The position numbers and the translations under genes were made by a program. Below, one piece after another: positions 59,391-64,000 of a stretch of DNA of 64,000 nt. Below the pieces are notes generated by a model that was not told the origin of the DNA, made no database searches, and worked only from the letters and a program-made list of their open reading frames with translations. The stretch covers positions 1,536,001 through 1,600,000 of the forward strand of contig OZ244170.1 of the NCBI GenBank assembly GCA_965216565.1, read 5' to 3'. Each line of letters opens with the position of its first letter. Position 1 is the stretch's first letter. This DNA is from Bythopirellula sp. Its GTDB lineage: Bacteria; Planctomycetota; Planctomycetia; Pirellulales; Lacipirellulaceae.

Positions 59391-59543
59391 GACGGACCAA
59401 CTTGACCTTTGGTGAGGGATCATTTAAGGATACCACAACAGGCAGAACCGAACAGCAATTCTTTCGGCCCGAACCTCGCTGCGAAGCAGTATTTTAGCCT
59501 TCGGCAACGAATTTTCGCTGTAACCCCACCTGCCGACTCTACC

Positions 59544-59588
59544 TTGACCTGAATGGCTGCAGGCATTAGATTTGTAGCCGATGCTAAA
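59544..59588 (+). promoter_or_regulatory. Sigma70 promoter with adjoining palindromic operator candidate for the metal ABC operon
   Basis: TTGACC (59544)-17 bp-TAGATT (59567), followed directly by TGTAGC-CGAT-GCTAAA (59573-59588). Confidence 0.55.
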
Positions 59589-59609
59589 CTTTTGACGAGA
59601 GACCCTTCC

Positions 59610-60623
59610 ATGACATTGAGAGCCTGTTTTCCTAGCCTTTTTTGCCTGATCCTCTTCCTGGGTTGTACCCAAGCTGGATCTCACGATCATCGGCCTGCCG
59701 ATGTTTCGCCGCATACCTTCTCCGGCGACTATCCGATAAAGATCGTTTGCACGACAGAGCATATCGGCGAAATGATCTCTCACATTGGCGGCGACCACGT
59801 AGAGGTTGAAACGCTCATGGGCCCGGGGATCGATCCGCATCTGTACCGTCCGGTTGCCTCCGATGTTCGTAAACTTTCAGCGGCAGACGCCATCTTTTAC
59901 AACGGCTTGCACCTGGAAGGCCGCATGGGTGAACTCTTCGTGCAGATGGCACGTCGCAAGGCAACCTATGCCGTGACCGAAGGCCTCCAGAATCGCAAGG
60001 ATGAGCGGCTCCGCGAGCCCCCCGAGTTTGCTGGCATGTACGATCCTCATCTATGGCACGATGTTTCGCTCTGGGCCGATTGTGTGAGTGACATGACCGA
60101 CGTGCTGGCGAAGTTCGATCCCAAGAACGCAGCCGACTATAAGAAGAATGGCGCATTGTATGCCAACCAACTCAGGGAACTTTCTGCGTACTGCAAAAAG
60201 CAAATCGCCAGTATCCCTGAAAACCGGCGTGTCCTGGTAACCGCACACGATGCGTTCGGCTACTTTGGCGAAGCGTACGATCTAGAAGTTTTTGGATTAA
60301 AAGGAATTAGCACCGAAGAAGAAAAAGACATCTCTCACCAAGAAGAATTACAAGAGATGATCATCGAACGACAGATACCGGCCGTGTTTGTGGAATCAGC
60401 CGTTTCGAACCGCACCGTCGAAGCCCTCATCGAACCTTGTCAGGCTGCGGGTCACGATCTCAAGCTTGGCGGCGAACTCTATGCGGATGCGCTCGGCGAG
60501 AAAGGCACTTCCGCCGACACCTACGAGGGTATGATCCGCCATAACGTAGATACCATCGTTTCCGCGCTGAGTGGCCAAGAGACGAAGACCGCCCGACAAG
60601 ATTCGGACGCGGCAATCAATTAA
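59610..60623 (+). CDS. Mn/Zn/Fe ABC transporter substrate-binding lipoprotein (TroA/MntA-like)
   Basis: Lipobox FLG|C, GPGIDPHLY, NGLHLE, DPHLW, TAHDAFGYF, FVES and LYADALG. Confidence 0.93.
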   Translation: MTLRACFPSLFCLILFLGCTQAGSHDHRPADVSPHTFSGDYPIKIVCTTEHIGEMISHIGGDHVEVETLMGPGIDPHLYRPVASDVRKLSAADAIFYNGLHLEGRMGELFVQMARRKATYAVTEGLQNRKDERLREPPEFAGMYDPHLWHDVSLWADCVSDMTDVLAKFDPKNAADYKKNGALYANQLRELSAYCKKQIASIPENRRVLVTAHDAFGYFGEAYDLEVFGLKGISTEEEKDISHQEELQEMIIERQIPAVFVESAVSNRTVEALIEPCQAAGHDLKLGGELYADALGEKGTSADTYEGMIRHNVDTIVSALSGQETKTARQDSDAAIN

Positions 60624-60659
60624 TCCCATGCACCCTTCGTCCTTTCACGATTCACCGCA

Positions 60660-61424
60660 ATGTCGCAAATCGCGCTGGAATATCACGATGTTACTGTTGC
60701 CTACCACCGTCGGCCGGTTCTTTGGGATATCGATCTTACGGTCCCCGAAGGCAAGCTTGTGGGCATCGTGGGTCCCAACGGTGCTGGGAAAACAACCTTA
60801 ATCAAATCCGCTCTGGGGCTCGTGCCACTGGCGAGTGGCAAAGTGGAAATCTACGGCGAGAGCTATGAAGACCAACGGCATCTTGTCGGGTACGTGCCGC
60901 AGCGCGAGTCCGTGGATTGGGATTTCCCTGTTACGGTCCGTGATGTTGTGCTGATGGGCACTTATGGTCGGCTTGGTTGGTTCCGTCGTCCTGGCAAAGC
61001 GGAACGCGAAATCGCCCAGCGTTGCTTGGAAGAAGTCGACATTGCCGAACTTGCCAATCGGCAAATCAGGCAGCTCTCTGGAGGGCAGCAACAGCGGGTG
61101 TTCCTCGCCCGAGCATTGGCCCAAGAGGCCCAGGTCTATTTTCTCGACGAGCCTTTTGCTGGGGTCGATGCCGCCACCGAATCGGCCATCGTCCAGCTTT
61201 TGCACTCGCTCCGCTCCGCCGGCAAGACCGTGCTAGTGGTGCATCACGATCTGCAAACCGTCCGCGAATACTTCGATTACGTCATCCTGCTCAATATGCG
61301 ATTGATTGCTTGCGGAGACATTGAAGAAACGTTTACCACAGAAAACCTGCAGAAGACCTACGGTGGTCGGCTTACCATACTCGACGAAGCGGCAGAAGCG
61401 ATGCGGAAGCAGGAGCCGCTGTGA
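60660..61424 (+). CDS. Metal ABC transporter ATP-binding protein (TroB/MntB-like)
   Basis: Motifs [44 protein letters not shown] and VHHDL. Confidence 0.95.
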   Translation: MSQIALEYHDVTVAYHRRPVLWDIDLTVPEGKLVGIVGPNGAGKTTLIKSALGLVPLASGKVEIYGESYEDQRHLVGYVPQRESVDWDFPVTVRDVVLMGTYGRLGWFRRPGKAEREIAQRCLEEVDIAELANRQIRQLSGGQQQRVFLARALAQEAQVYFLDEPFAGVDAATESAIVQLLHSLRSAGKTVLVVHHDLQTVREYFDYVILLNMRLIACGDIEETFTTENLQKTYGGRLTILDEAAEAMRKQEPL

Positions 61425-62719
61425 TGTTCGGCTTATCTCTCGGCGAAAAAGTCACGATTGGTACCGCTCTGCTGGGCGGCATGGCTGGTGTCGTGGGCAG
61501 CTTTGCGGTGCTCCGCGGAAGAGCCTTGGTGGGAGACATGCTTTCCCACGCTGCGCTGCCCGGCGTCTGTCTCGCCTTTCTGTTCATGGAGAGCCGCAAC
61601 CTGCTCGGACTGTCGTTCGGGGCACTGGCTAGTGGGCTACTTGCCGTGGGAGCCGTGACACTGATCGTCCGTTGGACTCGAACCAAACAGGATGCCGCTA
61701 TCGGAATTGTACTCAGCACCTTTTTCGGTGCCGGGGTAGTACTACTTTCGGTCGTTGCCAAGTCCGACCGGGTGACAAAGAAAGCCGGAATTGATCACTA
61801 CATTTTTGGCGAACCTGCCAACATTCTCACTAGCGATCTCTACCTCTTAATCGGTGTAGCTCTCGTCGTGATTCTGACGGTGATTGTTTGTTTCAAAGAA
61901 TTTCAAATCGTTTGCTTCGATCAGGATTTTGCCCAGACACAAGGCTGGCCAACACTCGCCTTGGATTTATCCATGATGAGTGCACTGACCGTCGTGACGA
62001 TTGTCGGCTTGCCGATCGTCGGTGTCATTCTCATGGCCGCAATGATCATCCTGCCTGCGGCCACGGCTCGGTTTTGGACCAACCGATTGCAAATCTTGTT
62101 GCTGCTGTCTGGGGCGTTTGGCGTGGCCTCCGGGGTGATTGGCACTCAGGTCGGGCGTCGCATCCCCGCGGCAGGTGCTTCGATCGTGCTGAGTGCGGCA
62201 GCAATGTTCCTGGTCTCGCTACTCTTCGCCCCGCAACGAGGCGTGGTCGCTAGGATCTATGCCGATTGGCAACTCCGCAAGCGAATTGCCCGCGAGCACC
62301 TGTTGCGTTCCCTTTATGAGCTGGGTGAGTCGGAGCTCCCCGAGCTTGTTGAACTGCCCATCGAACAGCTTCGCAACTATCGCTATTGGGGCCCGCGTGC
62401 TATGGAACGGCTGCTGAACTGGGCCGTTGACGATGAACTGGTGAAGACACGTCAAGACGTAGTCCAGCTAACGCCCTTGGGCCTAAAGCGAGGGGCAGAG
62501 CTCACGAAGGCACATCGATTGTGGGAGATGTATCTTATGGAATACGCCGACATCGCTTCGGATCACGTGGACCGCGATGCCGACGAAACCGAGCACCTAC
62601 TCCCCGACGCGCTTTTGATTGAACTAGAGAAGCAGCTGTCCGAAGAAGGCCGCATGCCGCAGGTTGTCGAAGAAGTGCCCGTCTCCCCCCACGAATTAGA
62701 CGCGGGTGAAGAAACATGA
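61421..62719 (+). CDS. Metal ABC permease fused to a C-terminal DtxR/MntR-like domain
   Basis: Motifs [15 protein letters not shown] and [10 protein letters not shown]-terminal LTPLG...[20 protein letters not shown]. Confidence 0.9.
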   Translation: MMFGLSLGEKVTIGTALLGGMAGVVGSFAVLRGRALVGDMLSHAALPGVCLAFLFMESRNLLGLSFGALASGLLAVGAVTLIVRWTRTKQDAAIGIVLSTFFGAGVVLLSVVAKSDRVTKKAGIDHYIFGEPANILTSDLYLLIGVALVVILTVIVCFKEFQIVCFDQDFAQTQGWPTLALDLSMMSALTVVTIVGLPIVGVILMAAMIILPAATARFWTNRLQILLLLSGAFGVASGVIGTQVGRRIPAAGASIVLSAAAMFLVSLLFAPQRGVVARIYADWQLRKRIAREHLLRSLYELGESELPELVELPIEQLRNYRYWGPRAMERLLNWAVDDELVKTRQDVVQLTPLGLKRGAELTKAHRLWEMYLMEYADIASDHVDRDADETEHLLPDALLIELEKQLSEEGRMPQVVEEVPVSPHELDAGEET

Positions 62720-64000
62720 TGGGTTACATCTCACAACACGCGCTGCTTATTGCCGCGAACGCACCCTGGACGGCTGACGAAATGTGGATCGTTGCCACCG
62801 CTTGTGCCACGAATGTCGCTTGCGCAATCGTCGGATGCTTCTTGGTCTTACGCCGCATGAGCATGATGGGCGATGCGATTGCCCATGCGGTTTTGCCTGG
62901 ACTTGTGCTGGCCTTTCTGTTCTCTGGTTCGCTGGGAATCATTCCCTTGTTTATTGGTGCCGCCATTATGGGTTTGGCCACTACGTTTCTCACACAAATG
63001 CTGCACCAGCACGCCCGCGTTCCCAGTGATGCCAGTATGGGCGTGGTCTACACCTCGCTGTTTGCCGTGGGCGTTGTGTTGCTGAAGCTGAATATCACCG
63101 GAGTCCATTTCGACGTTGCCTGCGTTTACGAAGGTTCGCTGGAATTCGTCTCCTTCTCTGAATTCATCCTGGGCATCCCCCGGCCATTGCTAACGACGTT
63201 GATTGTTTTGGTGCTTAATCTTTTCATACTCGTGATCATGTGGAAAGAGCTCAAGCTCAGCACATTCGATCCGGGGTTGTCCACAACACTCGGATTCTCA
63301 GCAACCGGCCTGCACTATCTACTGATGACGTTGGTCGCACTCACCACCGTGGCTTCGTTTGAAGCGGTGGGGTCCATTCTGGTGGTGGCCATGCTAATTG
63401 TGCCAGCCGCGACGGCCCACTTACTCTGCGATCGGTTTGGGCTGATGGTTGTGCTCTCTGCTGTTGTGGGAATCGCAGCAGCCGTGCTTGGTTTTCTGCT
63501 TGGTCGATACTTCGACACCAACTATGCCGGCATGATGACTGTCGCAGCCGGAGGCTTATATAGCTTGGCCGTATTGTTCTCGCCGCGTTATGGCTTGGTC
63601 TCCGCAGTAGTGAGGAATGTGCGTCTTTCGACCAAGGTGCTTCGCGATGATCTGCTGGCCATGCTCTATCGAATCGAAGAGCTCGCCAGCGAAAAGCCCC
63701 TCTCTGCCACCCAGGCGCGGTCGGCCGTCGGCGGAGGCATCCTGGCCTACTGGGGTCTGGCGGGCTTATTACGAAATGGTCGCGTCGCCTCCCACAACAA
63801 TCACCTCCAACTCACCGAAAGCGGCAGGAAAATCGCTCAAAAGCTAGTCCGCTCGCATCGGCTTTGGGAAACCTATCTCGTTGAGCATCTGGGGATGCCA
63901 TTGGACCACGTCCACGAACCCGCGCATCGCGTCGAGCACTTTATCGATGATAGACTCCGAGAAGAACTTGAAGCCGAAGTCGATACCACCAGCGGTGATC
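62716..64000 (+). CDS. Second metal ABC permease fused to a DtxR-like domain, 3'-truncated by the window end
   Basis: Read from the sequence (absent from the ORF track): GCFLVLRRMSMMGDAIAHAVLPG ... LVRSHRLWETYL..DHVHEPAHRVEHF. ATGA overlap with the previous gene. Confidence 0.9.
   Translation, partial: MMGYISQHALLIAANAPWTADEMWIVATACATNVACAIVGCFLVLRRMSMMGDAIAHAVLPGLVLAFLFSGSLGIIPLFIGAAIMGLATTFLTQMLHQHARVPSDASMGVVYTSLFAVGVVLLKLNITGVHFDVACVYEGSLEFVSFSEFILGIPRPLLTTLIVLVLNLFILVIMWKELKLSTFDPGLSTTLGFSATGLHYLLMTLVALTTVASFEAVGSILVVAMLIVPAATAHLLCDRFGLMVVLSAVVGIAAAVLGFLLGRYFDTNYAGMMTVAAGGLYSLAVLFSPRYGLVSAVVRNVRLSTKVLRDDLLAMLYRIEELASEKPLSATQARSAVGGGILAYWGLAGLLRNGRVASHNNHLQLTESGRKIAQKLVRSHRLWETYLVEHLGMPLDHVHEPAHRVEHFIDDRLREELEAEVDTTSGD

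Noticed and set aside
1..64000. tRNA (including tRNA-Sec), rRNA, integrase or transposase genes
   Set aside because: None was recognised by eye. The Sec machinery needed for the top finding would have to lie outside this window.

Overview
This is a gene-dense chromosomal segment that looks like a planctomycete, judged from gene content: H4MPT-pathway genes, PQQ-type and FG-GAP/ASPIC-UnbV propeller proteins, YHYH protein, and permease-DtxR fusions. From left to right it contains: pdxJ (partial) and dapA; a minus-strand methanopterin/pABA cluster (atypical SDR, DHPS-like protein, pabB, pabA, DUF447, RFAP synthase); a PQQ-like propeller protein, a FabD-like acyltransferase, a CBS protein and a tandem-GGDEF cyclase; an ~11.7 kb type IV filament (T4P/T2SS hybrid) locus with seven prepilin-like genes, a pseudo-receiver, an MshEN-bearing ATPase, a platform protein, a PilM-PilN(GspL)-like fusion, PilO-like, secretin and PilP-like genes; an ABC export module; a large FG-GAP/ASPIC-UnbV-thioredoxin-TPR gene split by one in-frame TGA; a GGDEF-EAL plus BLUF pair; lipA, cysK, fused 5-oxoprolinase, CbiX, ABM, rarA, sthA, GGCT, two M16 peptidases, YHYH, Kef antiporter and GNAT; and a Mn/Zn/Fe ABC operon whose two permeases carry DtxR-like domains (truncated by the window end). 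The top candidate for novelty is the in-frame TGA at 35179-35181. It falls mid-domain and is followed 11 nt later by a hairpin resembling a bacterial SECIS, suggesting a ~1530-aa membrane-anchored selenoprotein. No rRNA, tRNA, CRISPR array or transposase was recognised. All product calls come from motif recognition by eye, not from database searches.
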